Below, one piece after another: positions 29,754 through 39,007 of a DNA stretch of 64,000 nucleotides. The stretch is taken from positions 1,641,580 through 1,705,579 of the forward strand of contig OY760141.1 in assembly GCA_963663255.1 (NCBI GenBank), read 5' to 3'. This DNA is from Acidimicrobiales bacterium (GTDB taxonomy: Bacteria; Actinomycetota; Acidimicrobiia; Acidimicrobiales; Bin134). The notes beneath the pieces are model-generated. The model was given only the letters and a program-made list of their open reading frames with translations, was not told where the DNA came from and ran no database searches. The position numbers were made by a program, and so were the translations under genes. How positions within the stretch are numbered: the stretch's first letter is position 1; each line of letters starts with the position of its first letter.

Positions 29754-30428
29754 CTAGTCGTGAAGGCCGCACTCGGTCTTGTCGGAGTCGGCCCAACGAC
29801 CGGAGCGGGGGTCGTTGCCGGGGGCCACCGGCTTGGTGCAGGGCATGCAGCCGATGGAGGGATAGCCCCGCTCCAGCAGGGGGTTGAACGGGATCCGATG
29901 CTCGGCCATGTAGTCGGCCACCTGCTCGTCGGTCCAGGTGGCGATGGGGTTCAGCTTGACCAGGCCCCGCAGGTCGCGAACCACGATGGGGGCCGACACC
30001 CGGGTCACGGCCTCCACCCGGCGCAGACCGCTCATCCATGCCGCTTTGCCGGCCAATGCCCGGTCGAGCTGGCCGGCTTTGACCGCCGAGCAGCAGTTCT
30101 CCGGATCCATGTTCCACAGCTCGGGATCGTGGCGGGCCACGGTCATCAGCTTCAGGTTCAGGCCGTAGTGGCGGCGCACCCGCTCCACCGTCTCCAGCGT
30201 CTCGGGGAAGTGGAAGCCGGTGTCGATGAACACCACTTCGATGGCCGGGTCCACCTTCACCGCCAGGTCGATCAGCACCGCATCGGTCATCGATGCAGCC
30301 AGCGACAGGTGGGGAGAGAAGTTGTCCACCCCCCACTGGATGACTTTCTCCGCGGGAAGGTGCTCGAACTCCTCGTTGAGGGCGGCCAACTCGGTATCGG
30401 AGTAGGCCGGGATGGTCAGGTTGCGCAT
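29754..30428 (-). CDS. cysH: Adenylyl-sulfate (APS)/PAPS reductase CysH, APS type by its cysteine pattern
   Basis: PAPS_reduct fold. C-terminal ECGLH. Cysteine pairs CC (ENCCSAVK) and CxxC (GCMPCT) are characteristic of [4Fe-4S] APS reductases. Confidence 0.85.
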   Translation of the reverse strand: MRNLTIPAYSDTELAALNEEFEHLPAEKVIQWGVDNFSPHLSLAASMTDAVLIDLAVKVDPAIEVVFIDTGFHFPETLETVERVRRHYGLNLKLMTVARHDPELWNMDPENCCSAVKAGQLDRALAGKAAWMSGLRRVEAVTRVSAPIVVRDLRGLVKLNPIATWTDEQVADYMAEHRIPFNPLLERGYPSIGCMPCTKPVAPGNDPRSGRWADSDKTECGLHD

Positions 30429-30465
30429 TGGAAGTTGCCGATCGGGGTGGAGGTTGCCGAGAGCC

Positions 30466-32250
30466 TCAGGTTGCGCATTCAGAGTCGCCGATCACAGCCT
30501 CGTAAGGGCCGGTCTCGTCGTAGTCGACGTAGAACTCAGGGCCGTTTTCGTAGGTTGGGAACTCGTCTAGGTCGGCCAGTCCTTTGCCCACCTCGCGGGA
30601 GCCGCCCTTGCGCTCCAGCCAGTGGCGGAACTCCTCGCCGGCCTCTCGCTCGGCGGTGAACTGGCGCACCACCCGCACCACGGCCTCAGGAGCGTTGCGG
30701 GCGGGCAGGCGCAGGGCCTTGGTGCCGAACTGGATCTGGGAGTCGCCCACATGGCCGCCCAGCAGCATCTGGTATCCCGGTGCCGACCGGCCGTGAGCCC
30801 GGCGCTCGGCCCCGAAGAAGCCGATGTCGGATGCGTGATGCTGTCCGCACGAGTTGGTGCAGCCCGAGATGTTGATCCGCAGACCGCCAACCTCGGCCAG
30901 CCCCTCTTCGTCCAAGCGGGTGCCGATGGTGTCGGCCAGCCCCCGAGACTGGGTCACAGCAAGGTTGCAGGTGTCGGCGCCGGGGCAGGCCACTACGTCG
31001 CGCAACAGCTCCGCACCGGGCTCGGCCATGCCAATGTCCGCCAAGGCTTCGAACAGCCGGGGGAGCTGCCCTTCGGTTAAGTCGCGGAAGACGATGTTCT
31101 GACGGTTGGTCACCCGGCACTCTGCGCCCAGCTCCCGCTGGATGGCAGCCAGGGCGTCGAACTGGTCGGCGGTGATGTCGCCCAGCCGGGCCCAGGCGTA
31201 GGCCGAGACGGTGCCTTTGGCCGCGCCCCGCACCACGTTGGCCTGCTCCCAGCGCTGGTACGGCGCCCGGCCTCCGATGGATACCGAAACACCCTGCCCC
31301 ACCGGAGTGGCCTCGATCTCGGCGTGGCGGCCAGCGGGTGCGTCGCCGTGGACCTTCACCAAATCGGGAATCCCGCCGGGCCAACTCGAAGAGGCCAGCA
31401 AGAACTTTCGCTCCCGGAAGATGCGGCGCTGGAGTTCTTCGAAGCCCAGCTTCTCCACCAGCCACTTCATGCGAGCCCGGAGCTTGTTGTCCCGGTAGCC
31501 ATCGTGGTCGAACACTCGAAGGCAGGCCTCGATGGTGGGCAGCAGGTCCTCGCGGGAGGTGAACTCCTCCAGGGCCAGCGCGGGATGGGGATTGGCTCCC
31601 AGGCCACCGGCCACGAACACCCGGAACCCGGCCTCGACCCCGCCGTCTACCTCCCGGGTGGCGGCGATGATGCCCACGTCGTTGAACATGGCCTGGCCGC
31701 AATCGGTGGCGCAGCCGGAGAAGTTGATCTTGAACTTGCGGGGCAGGCGCTGGGCGTAGGGGTGGCGCAGGAAGTGGAGGGCAGTGGCCCGGGCCCAGGC
31801 GGTGATGTCGAGCACCTCGTGGGGGCAGGCGCCGGCCAGGTGGCAACCCTGCACGTTGCGAACGGTGTCGCCGCAGGCCTCCCGGGTGGTGAGTCCCACC
31901 GAGGCCAGCACTCGCATCACGTCGGGGACGTCGTCGATCTGCACGTAGTGGAATTGGATGTTCTGGCGGGTGGTGATGTGGCCCCAGCCTCGGGAGTAGG
32001 TGCGGGCGATGTGGGCCAGGGCCTCGAAGTGGTCGGGGTTGGCGATGCCAGCGGGGATCTTGACCCGAACCATCTGGTTGGTGCCGCCCTGGCGCTGGCC
32101 GTAGATGCCGTTGTTGAGGCGGAAAACCCGCATCACGTCTTCGGGGATCTCTCCGGCCTTGTAGCGGACCAGCATCCGCTCGAACTTGTCGATGTCGGCT
32201 TGCTGAGCGGGATCGATTACCGCGGTGTTGTCGATTTGGACCGTGACCAT
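30466..32250 (-). CDS. sir: Ferredoxin-dependent sulfite (nitrite/sulfite) reductase hemoprotein
   Basis: Two NIR_SIR repeats. Siroheme/Fe-S cysteine motifs GCxxxCG (SGCATDCGQA, SGCTNSCGQH). Adjacent to cysH. Confidence 0.85.
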   Translation of the reverse strand: MVTVQIDNTAVIDPAQQADIDKFERMLVRYKAGEIPEDVMRVFRLNNGIYGQRQGGTNQMVRVKIPAGIANPDHFEALAHIARTYSRGWGHITTRQNIQFHYVQIDDVPDVMRVLASVGLTTREACGDTVRNVQGCHLAGACPHEVLDITAWARATALHFLRHPYAQRLPRKFKINFSGCATDCGQAMFNDVGIIAATREVDGGVEAGFRVFVAGGLGANPHPALALEEFTSREDLLPTIEACLRVFDHDGYRDNKLRARMKWLVEKLGFEELQRRIFRERKFLLASSSWPGGIPDLVKVHGDAPAGRHAEIEATPVGQGVSVSIGGRAPYQRWEQANVVRGAAKGTVSAYAWARLGDITADQFDALAAIQRELGAECRVTNRQNIVFRDLTEGQLPRLFEALADIGMAEPGAELLRDVVACPGADTCNLAVTQSRGLADTIGTRLDEEGLAEVGGLRINISGCTNSCGQHHASDIGFFGAERRAHGRSAPGYQMLLGGHVGDSQIQFGTKALRLPARNAPEAVVRVVRQFTAEREAGEEFRHWLERKGGSREVGKGLADLDEFPTYENGPEFYVDYDETGPYEAVIGDSECAT

Positions 32251-32314
32251 CGGCCTCTCTTTTTCGTGTGTGGCTTTGGAATAGGGGCAGGTGGTGGGGT
32301 TCAGGCAACCACTA

Positions 32315-32401
32315 ATTCGGACTACTTTGATCCGATTAGTTGTTTATCAGGATAGCGGCCCGAAATCAAATTCCGAGTGTTTTGGTCCGAATAATCCGAA
32401 T
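32315..32401. promoter_or_regulatory. AT-rich leader with ATTCGGA/TCCGAAT heptamer repeats upstream of sir
   Basis: ATTCGGA at 32315-32321. TCCGAT at 32331-32336. Tandem TCCGAATAATCCGAATAG at 32386-32403. The 206-bp spacer is conspicuously AT-rich for this sequence. Confidence 0.3.
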
Positions 32402-32456
32402 AGGGGGTGATTCCCGAGGCCAGGCGCAGTACCGCCCGGCCAGTCAGCAGGAGAGA

Positions 32457-33830
32457 TCAGTCGCTGAGTCGCTCAGCCAGCCGGAAGGCGAGCTCTAGGC
32501 TCTGGGCGCCGTTGAGGCGGGGGTCGCACATGGTCTCGTAGCGCCGTTCCAAATCGTCATCGCTAATGGCCTCGGCACCGCCCACACACTCGGTCACGTC
32601 GTCGCCGGTGATCTCCAGGTGAATGCCACCTGGCCAAGTCCCCGCTTCGCCGTGGGCGCGGAAGTAGCCGTCGATCTCAGACACCACATCCTCTAAGTGG
32701 CGAGTCTTGCGCCCACCAGCGGTGGTGTAGGTGTTGCCGTGCATGGGATCGCACTCCCACAGCACCGGATGTCCGGCGTCGCGTGCCGCAGCCAACAGCG
32801 GAGGAAGGGTTTCGGTCACCTTGTCGGCGCCCATGCGGCTAATCAAGGTAAGCCGGCCGGGAACGCGGTCGGGATTCAGAGTCTCGCACAGCCCGAGGAC
32901 ATCATCTGGCGATGCGGAGGGTCCTAACTTACAGCCCAGTGGGTTCTTGATCCCCCGCATGAATTCCACATGGGCGCCATCCAGCTGGCGGGTGCGCTCG
33001 CCGATCCACAGCATGTGCGCCGAGCAGTCGTACCACTGGCCGGTGATGGAGTCCTGTCGAGTGAGGGCTTCTTCGTAGTCCAGCACCAGCGCCTCGTGAC
33101 TGGTGTAGAAGTCCACTTGGTGGAGCTCAGGGGCATCGATGGAGATTCCGCAGGCGGCCATGAATCGCAATGCGGAGTCGATGCCCTCGGCTACTTTCTC
33201 GTAGCGCTGCCCCTCGGGGCTGGCGGCAATGAACTCCTGATTCCAAACGTGGACTTGGCGGAGATCGGCGTACCCCCCCTTGGTGAACGCCCGGAGCAGG
33301 TTCAAGGTGGACGCCGACTGGTGGTAGGCCCGCACCAGGCGCTCGGCATCGGCAGTGCGAGAGTGCTCGGAGAAGCTGATGTCGTTGACCATATGCCCCC
33401 GAAAGGAGGGCAACTCCACGTCGTCTACCACCTCGGTGGATGAGGATCGGGGTTTGGCAAACTGCCCGGCGATCCGGCCGATCTTCACGGTGGGCACCCC
33501 GGCCGAGAATGCCATCACCACCGCCATTTGCAAGATGACCTTGAGCTTGTCTCGGATGCTGTCGGCGGTGACTCCGTCGAAGGACTCGGCGCAGTCGCCC
33601 GCCTGGAGGACAAAAGCTCGGCCAGCACAGGCTTCGCCGAGCTGGCTTTGGAGCTGACGGGCCTCCCCGGCAAATACCAGCGGGGGCAATTCGGCCAGGG
33701 TCTTGCGCACGTGCTCCAGCGATGCCTGGTCGGGCCACAGCGGTTGCTGGGATGCCGGCCGATCCCGCCAGGACGAGGGATGCCAGGCGGTCTGGGCGGT
33801 GCTGCCCGCTTCGACTGAGGCCGAACTCAT
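32457..33830 (-). CDS. aroG: Class II 3-deoxy-7-phosphoheptulonate (DAHP) synthase
   Basis: About 457 aa. SWRDRPASQQPLWPD N-terminus, KPRSS and HGNT are class II (plant/actinobacterial type) hallmarks. Confidence 0.9.
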   Translation of the reverse strand: MSSASVEAGSTAQTAWHPSSWRDRPASQQPLWPDQASLEHVRKTLAELPPLVFAGEARQLQSQLGEACAGRAFVLQAGDCAESFDGVTADSIRDKLKVILQMAVVMAFSAGVPTVKIGRIAGQFAKPRSSSTEVVDDVELPSFRGHMVNDISFSEHSRTADAERLVRAYHQSASTLNLLRAFTKGGYADLRQVHVWNQEFIAASPEGQRYEKVAEGIDSALRFMAACGISIDAPELHQVDFYTSHEALVLDYEEALTRQDSITGQWYDCSAHMLWIGERTRQLDGAHVEFMRGIKNPLGCKLGPSASPDDVLGLCETLNPDRVPGRLTLISRMGADKVTETLPPLLAAARDAGHPVLWECDPMHGNTYTTAGGRKTRHLEDVVSEIDGYFRAHGEAGTWPGGIHLEITGDDVTECVGGAEAISDDDLERRYETMCDPRLNGAQSLELAFRLAERLSD

Positions 33831-33883
33831 AGCAAAATGGTCGCTTGTCGCTGAGTATGGGGCAAACCGTTTTTGGTTGACCG

Positions 33884-34717
33884 CTACGCGGCGTCGATGT
33901 CCAGCAGCTCGGCTCGAGCCCGCACTGAGTCGAGCGACCGCCCGATTATGCGGCGGATGGCCTCGGAAGTGAGGCCCAGGGATTCGCCGATCTCCCGGTA
34001 GCTGTGCCTTTGGCCGTCGATAAGCCCGTAGCGCATCTCCACTGCGAAGCGAGACCGCTCGTCCAGCTCCTCGAGCAGTCCGGCCAGCGTTGCCGTCTGA
34101 TCGGCGGCCAGCGCTAGATCCTCGGGGCCGGGGCCAGAGTCGGGCTGAAGGTCCATCAGCTCGCTGTTGTTGTCGTCGCCCACCGTGGCGTTCAACGAGG
34201 TCAGCGAGGTGAGCCGATGAAGCAGGGCGTGCTCAGAGTCGAGCTCTTCGCCACCTCCGGTGGCTTGGCGCACCGCAGCCCGCAGGCTGGCCGCCCGCTC
34301 GCCCGGCAGTCGGATCAGATTGGCCTTCTGGTCGAGCGCCCGGCCGATGGACTGGCGAATCCAGAACGTGGCGTAGGTGGAGAATTTGAATCCCTTGCGC
34401 CAGTCGAACTTCTCCACCGCTCGATCCAGTCCCAGGTTGCCCTCTTGAACTAGATCCAGCAGTTCCATGCCGGTGGGCAGGGGGTATTTCTTGGCCACGC
34501 TCACCACCAACCGTAGGTTGGCCCGGATGAAGCGATCCTTGGCCTTGGCTGCTCCCCGGACTTGAGTGTGCAGCCGGGGGCTGCTTTCTCCGGCGTCCAA
34601 TCGGGCTTGGGCCTCGCGGCCCCGCTCGATCGCCTGGGCAAGTTTTCGTTCGTCGTCTTTGGTGAGGAGTGGCACTAAGCCGATGGCATTGAGGTACTGG
34701 CCTGTTGAATCGTCCAT
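33884..34717 (-). CDS. Sigma-70 family RNA polymerase sigma factor (SigB/group 2-3-like, no region 1.1)
   Basis: Region 2 FIRANLRLVVSVAKKY...LDLVQEGNLGLDRAVEKFDWRKGFKFSTYATFWIRQSI. Region 4 HSYREIGESLGLTSEAIRRI. Confidence 0.85.
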   Translation of the reverse strand: MDDSTGQYLNAIGLVPLLTKDDERKLAQAIERGREAQARLDAGESSPRLHTQVRGAAKAKDRFIRANLRLVVSVAKKYPLPTGMELLDLVQEGNLGLDRAVEKFDWRKGFKFSTYATFWIRQSIGRALDQKANLIRLPGERAASLRAAVRQATGGGEELDSEHALLHRLTSLTSLNATVGDDNNSELMDLQPDSGPGPEDLALAADQTATLAGLLEELDERSRFAVEMRYGLIDGQRHSYREIGESLGLTSEAIRRIIGRSLDSVRARAELLDIDAA

Positions 34718-34718
34718 T

Positions 34719-34744
34719 TGTTCCTGTCTTGTGTTCCTGTCTTG
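34719..34744 (-). repeat. 13-bp tandem duplication (TGTTCCTGTCTTG x2 on +; CAAGACAGGAACA x2 on -) immediately upstream of the sigma-factor ATG
   Basis: Read directly at 34719-34731 and 34732-34744. It duplicates the AGGA Shine-Dalgarno-like element of the leader. Confidence 0.85.
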
Positions 34745-34914
34745 TTGTCTTCGTAATCTGCAACCGCTCCGCCCCCTGATTTGTTCCCGGTTGCCTCTTA
34801 CTATTGACTCGCGAAATTACCGTTGGGTTGCGCCAATGTCGCACGAATTATTGAGCGCTAGGTCTCACGGTGGGTGGCAGGGAAGCCGGCTCCAGGTTTC
34901 GTACACTGCGGACA

Positions 34915-35487
34915 GTGAGTCGCATCGGCATTTTCGGGGGTACGTTCGACCCAGTCCACGTCGGCCACCTTGTGGTTGCTGCTTGGGTACGGGCCGCGCT
35001 TGAGCTCGACAGGGTTGAGTTGGTGGTGGCCAACGAGCCGTGGCAGAAGCTGGACCGGCCTCAGCTCAGCCCGGCTCAGGATCGACTGGCCATGGTGGAA
35101 GCGGCAGTAGAGGGAATCGAAGGGATAGCGGCCTCCTCAGTGGAGATCGACCGGGGAGGCCTTACCTACACCGTGGACACCCTGGAGGCATTTCGGGTCG
35201 ACAACCCCAATGGCTCGCTGTTCCTCATCTTGGGCAGCGATGCTGCTGGCGGCCTGAACACCTGGCACCGGCACGAGGAGATCGCCGAGATGGCCGAACT
35301 GGTGGTAGTAGACCGGCCCGGTGCGATCGGCCAGCGCCCGTCGGTGGCCCACCGGGTGGTGGGCTGTCCGATGCTCGACCTGTCCAGCACCCTGGTTCGG
35401 GAGTGGGCTGACGCCGGCCAACCGCTCGACGGCCTGGTGCCACCGGCCGCGCTGGCCTACTGCCGCGACAAGGGGCTTTATGGATAG
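34915..35487 (+). CDS. nadD: Nicotinate-nucleotide adenylyltransferase
   Basis: RIGIFGGTFDPVHVGHL is the (H/T)xGH nucleotidyltransferase motif at the N-terminus. GTG 34915 is chosen. Confidence 0.85.
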   Translation: MSRIGIFGGTFDPVHVGHLVVAAWVRAALELDRVELVVANEPWQKLDRPQLSPAQDRLAMVEAAVEGIEGIAASSVEIDRGGLTYTVDTLEAFRVDNPNGSLFLILGSDAAGGLNTWHRHEEIAEMAELVVVDRPGAIGQRPSVAHRVVGCPMLDLSSTLVREWADAGQPLDGLVPPAALAYCRDKGLYG

Positions 35488-36616
35488 GCGAGGCCGTCTT
35501 GGCCGGTGGCGCTGGGGCTGGCCGGTGATGCTGCTAGGAATGGCCGCAGCAGTGCCACTGTTGGTCTGGCTGGGGTGGTCAGCCATTTCTGGCAGCAGCG
35601 ACGGCACCGATGTGAGCGCGCCGGTTGATCCCTCAGCTCCCGGTTACCAGGCATATGTGGAGCCGACACCCACGCTGCTGCTCATCCACGGTGATGGTGA
35701 AGGCCTAGATGGAGTGACTCTGTTGGCGCTGACCGATGCCGGAGTTGAGGGTGCAGTCCTGTTTCTCGCCCCTGAGACCCTGACCCCCATTGGGCCTCTC
35801 AGCGTGCGCTGGGCTGAGTCGGGCAGCACCGGGGTGGTTGATGCGGTGGCTGAGCTGCTGGGCGTCCCCGTCGGCGAGTCCCAAGTGACAGATGACCGAG
35901 GCTGGGCCGCATTGGTGTCCGCCGTGGCCCCCATCGCGCTCGACAACCCCGATGCGTTGGTCTCACCTGCCGGGGAGCCCCGCTTCGATTCTGGAGCTCT
36001 TACCCTGGCTGCGGCTGATGTCGGCCCGTATCTGGGGTGGCGCAACCCAGGCGAGTCTCCGGTTGCGGCCTTGTTCCGCCATGAGTTGTTCTGGAAGGCC
36101 TGGCTGGGCCAAGTGGCTCTTTCGTCAGCTCCCGATGTGATTCCTGGCGAGACCGACCGAGGTGTGGGCCGCTTCGGACGGGCCTTGGCCAATGGACGGG
36201 TCCGTCTGGAGGCGGTGCCCGGTCTCGTCGATGTGAGCGGGGCGGTGGTCTTGGATACGGCCGCGGTTGGCGAGATGGTAAGCGAAGTTATCCCGTTCCC
36301 GATATCGGTCTTGAACGGCAACTCGCCCAGGGTCCGTTTGCTAAACGGCACCGGCGACCCCGACCTCATCAGAACCGCGGCTCGCTCGCTCAGCCGGGCC
36401 GGGGCCCAGATCACGATCATTGGGAATGCCACGGAGTTTGGTTGGGAGACCACCAAGATCGCCTATCACGACATCGGGTTCGCCTCCCACGCCGAAGCCT
36501 TTCGAAACGCCCTGGGTGCCGGTTCGGTTGTTGCCGAGGAACAGCCCGGATCTTCCATCGACATCACGGTGACGTTCGGCGCAGATTTCTCCCATTTGAT
36601 GGCGGGAGATGGGTAA
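35480..36616 (+). CDS. LytR_C (LytR/CpsA/Psr C-terminal) domain membrane protein
   Basis: N-terminal TM helix (WPVMLLGMAAAVPLLVWLGW). C-terminal RVRLLNGTGDPDLIRTAARSLSRAGAQITIIGNA is typical of LytR_C. Conserved position between nadD and rsfS. Confidence 0.6.
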   Translation: MDRRGRLGRWRWGWPVMLLGMAAAVPLLVWLGWSAISGSSDGTDVSAPVDPSAPGYQAYVEPTPTLLLIHGDGEGLDGVTLLALTDAGVEGAVLFLAPETLTPIGPLSVRWAESGSTGVVDAVAELLGVPVGESQVTDDRGWAALVSAVAPIALDNPDALVSPAGEPRFDSGALTLAAADVGPYLGWRNPGESPVAALFRHELFWKAWLGQVALSSAPDVIPGETDRGVGRFGRALANGRVRLEAVPGLVDVSGAVVLDTAAVGEMVSEVIPFPISVLNGNSPRVRLLNGTGDPDLIRTAARSLSRAGAQITIIGNATEFGWETTKIAYHDIGFASHAEAFRNALGAGSVVAEEQPGSSIDITVTFGADFSHLMAGDG

Positions 36617-36688
36617 AGTGGGAGAGTGATCGCTGCATGAGCACAAAACCCGCCCCACGAGCAATGCGGGCAGAGTCATGATGGCCGC

Positions 36689-37069
36689 ATGAGCGTCAGC
36701 GCCGCTGACACAACGATCGTAGGGGATTGGGTAGAGGCCGCAGCGGCCGCGGCGGAAGAAGGGCCAGGCGCAGATACGGTCATCATTGATGTTGGCGATG
36801 TGCTGGTCATCACCGACCACTTCGTGATCACCAGCGGCGCCAACACTCGGGCGGTACGGGCGCTGGCCGAGCGAATCGAAGAGGCGGTGGACGTCATTGG
36901 CGGACCCAAGCCCATTTGCATCGAGGGCCTCTCCGACTACGAGTGGGTGCTGATGGACTACGGCGACTTCGTGGTCCACATCTTCACCACCTCAGCCCGC
37001 GACTACTACGCCCTCGACCTCCTCTGGAAAGACTGCCCGGTTCTGACGGCTAATCCGTTGCCGTCGTAG
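36689..37069 (+). CDS. rsfS: Ribosome silencing factor RsfS (iojap)
   Basis: DHFVITSGANTRAVRALAERIEE...WVLMDYGDFVVHIF...YYALDLLW is the canonical RsfS pattern. Confidence 0.85.
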   Translation: MSVSAADTTIVGDWVEAAAAAAEEGPGADTVIIDVGDVLVITDHFVITSGANTRAVRALAERIEEAVDVIGGPKPICIEGLSDYEWVLMDYGDFVVHIFTTSARDYYALDLLWKDCPVLTANPLPS

Positions 37070-37213
37070 GTACAGCCCGATACAGTGGCCAAGGGTCCCC
37101 GATCCGGGGGTGGTCAGAGCATTTGGGCCCGTACGCCGGACGGGGACCCGCAGCGCGTCTGAACCCTACCGGGCAAACTGGCGTTTAAAATACTCTCAGC
37201 GAATTTTGGTCAA

Positions 37214-38911
37214 TTACTGCTCGCGCAGCAGACGTCCGGGGGAGGTGCCGGTCTCTTTGTCTTCTTGGATGGTGACCTCGCCGTTGACCAGCACGTAGTG
37301 GTATCCGGAGGCCCGCTGGACCCGGCGCCATTCTCCGGCGGGCATGTCGTGGACCTTCTCACTGGCGCCAATGGACAGGCTGTCGATGTCGTAGACGATC
37401 ACGTCGGCCGCTTTGCCCTGGGTCAGTGTTCCTCGGTCGGTGAAGCCGGCGCATTGAGCCGGAAGCCCGGCCATGCGCCAGTGGGCGTCCTCCAGCGAGA
37501 TGATCTCGCGATCGCGCACCCCGTTGATGAGCAGCTCGGTGGGCCACCGGCCAGCGGTTAGGAATCGGGTGTGGGCGCCCCCGTCGGACACGCCGGGCAA
37601 GGCCCACTGGTAGTTCAACAGGTCCACCAGATGGTCGGGGTTGTTGAACGAGCCCGATGCGTAGAACGTGGCGGCCAGGTTGTCGGCCACCGCCACATCG
37701 AGCATGGCGTCCACCGGGTGCACCCCTAGGTCGGCGGCGATGTCGCCCACCCGGGTCTCGGCGTAGCGCTGGTACTGCGGGCTGGCCGTCTCCAAAAGCA
37801 CGATGTCGGCGATGGGGCAGGTTACGGCCAGCGATTCGGAGTCCCGCAGGGCCGGGCGGCGGGCCGGGTCGGCCAGCTTCGCCAAACGCTCCCCAACGGT
37901 GCCCAGCGTGGCCTCCCGCCAGGCATCCATGTCGTCCCACAGGTTCCACTCCTCGAATGTGAAGGCCAGCCCCACATCTGTGGTAACAGCCTGGCCGTAG
38001 ATCGGCAGACCCCGGAGGCGGCAATCCTCCACCCATTCGATCTGCTTGAGGTGCTGCTCGGGGCGCTGGGCGTTGGGGGTGATCACGTTGAACAGCACCG
38101 GCCGACCGCTGATGTCGGCCAGGCGCTCGTAGGTGCGCCGGTGCTCGGTGCGGGTCTCATCAGCAGGGTCGGGGGCGAAGGTGGCCTGGATGAAACCGTG
38201 GTTGCGCTCGGCCAGCACCTCGGCCAACTGGAACAGCGTCTCGTTGGGCATCACGTCGGTGTTCATGGGGTTGCCGTCGTGGTCCCGCTGCACGTTGGAG
38301 TCCCGCAGCCGCTGCACCGACCAGCCGCCGGCGCCGGCGTCCATGGCCTCGTGCAACAGCGCCCGTAGCTGGGCGTGCTCCTCGTCGGTAGGCATCTCGC
38401 CGGCCTTGGCCCGCTCGTAGCCCAGCACCCAGTTGAGGGCCGGGTTCAGCGGGAAGAACGACCGCATGTTGACCGCCTTAGGCGTGCGGTCCACCGCATC
38501 CAAGAACTCCGGGTAGGTGACCCAGTCCCAGGGCATGCCCGCGTCCATGGCGTCGAACGGAATGGCCTCCGTGCGGGTCATAGTCAGCATGGCCCGCTCC
38601 CGGTCATCGGGGGCCACCGGTGCGAACCCAAAGCCGCAGTTGCCGATGACGACTGAGGTCACCCCGTGCCAGCCCGAAAGCGTGCAGTACGGGTCCCAGA
38701 AAAGCTGGGCGTCGTAGTGGGTGTGGAGGTCGATGTGGCCCGGGGCCACGATCATCCCGTCGGCGTCCAGCACCTCGTCGGATTCAGAAGCCTTGAGTCG
38801 GCCGATCTTGGCGATCTTCCCGTCTTTGATGCCCACATCGGCCCGAATCCGCTGGGCTCGGGTCCCGTCGATCACCATTCCACCGGCAATGATCGTGTCG
38901 TAAGTCGCCAT
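37214..38911 (-). CDS. N-acyl-D-amino-acid deacylase-family amidohydrolase
   Basis: YDTIIAGGMVIDGTRAQRIRADVGIKDGKIAKIG...VAPGHIDLHTHYD metal-binding motif. ATG 38911 is chosen. Confidence 0.75.
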   Translation of the reverse strand: MATYDTIIAGGMVIDGTRAQRIRADVGIKDGKIAKIGRLKASESDEVLDADGMIVAPGHIDLHTHYDAQLFWDPYCTLSGWHGVTSVVIGNCGFGFAPVAPDDRERAMLTMTRTEAIPFDAMDAGMPWDWVTYPEFLDAVDRTPKAVNMRSFFPLNPALNWVLGYERAKAGEMPTDEEHAQLRALLHEAMDAGAGGWSVQRLRDSNVQRDHDGNPMNTDVMPNETLFQLAEVLAERNHGFIQATFAPDPADETRTEHRRTYERLADISGRPVLFNVITPNAQRPEQHLKQIEWVEDCRLRGLPIYGQAVTTDVGLAFTFEEWNLWDDMDAWREATLGTVGERLAKLADPARRPALRDSESLAVTCPIADIVLLETASPQYQRYAETRVGDIAADLGVHPVDAMLDVAVADNLAATFYASGSFNNPDHLVDLLNYQWALPGVSDGGAHTRFLTAGRWPTELLINGVRDREIISLEDAHWRMAGLPAQCAGFTDRGTLTQGKAADVIVYDIDSLSIGASEKVHDMPAGEWRRVQRASGYHYVLVNGEVTIQEDKETGTSPGRLLREQ

Positions 38912-39007
38912 CTCGTCCCCCTGGTTTTGCGGTGAACCCAGCATAGTGAAGCGGGAACGTCCCGCTTAATGGACGGACAACTAGCGTGCCTTCGATGGAG
39001 GTCGCCG

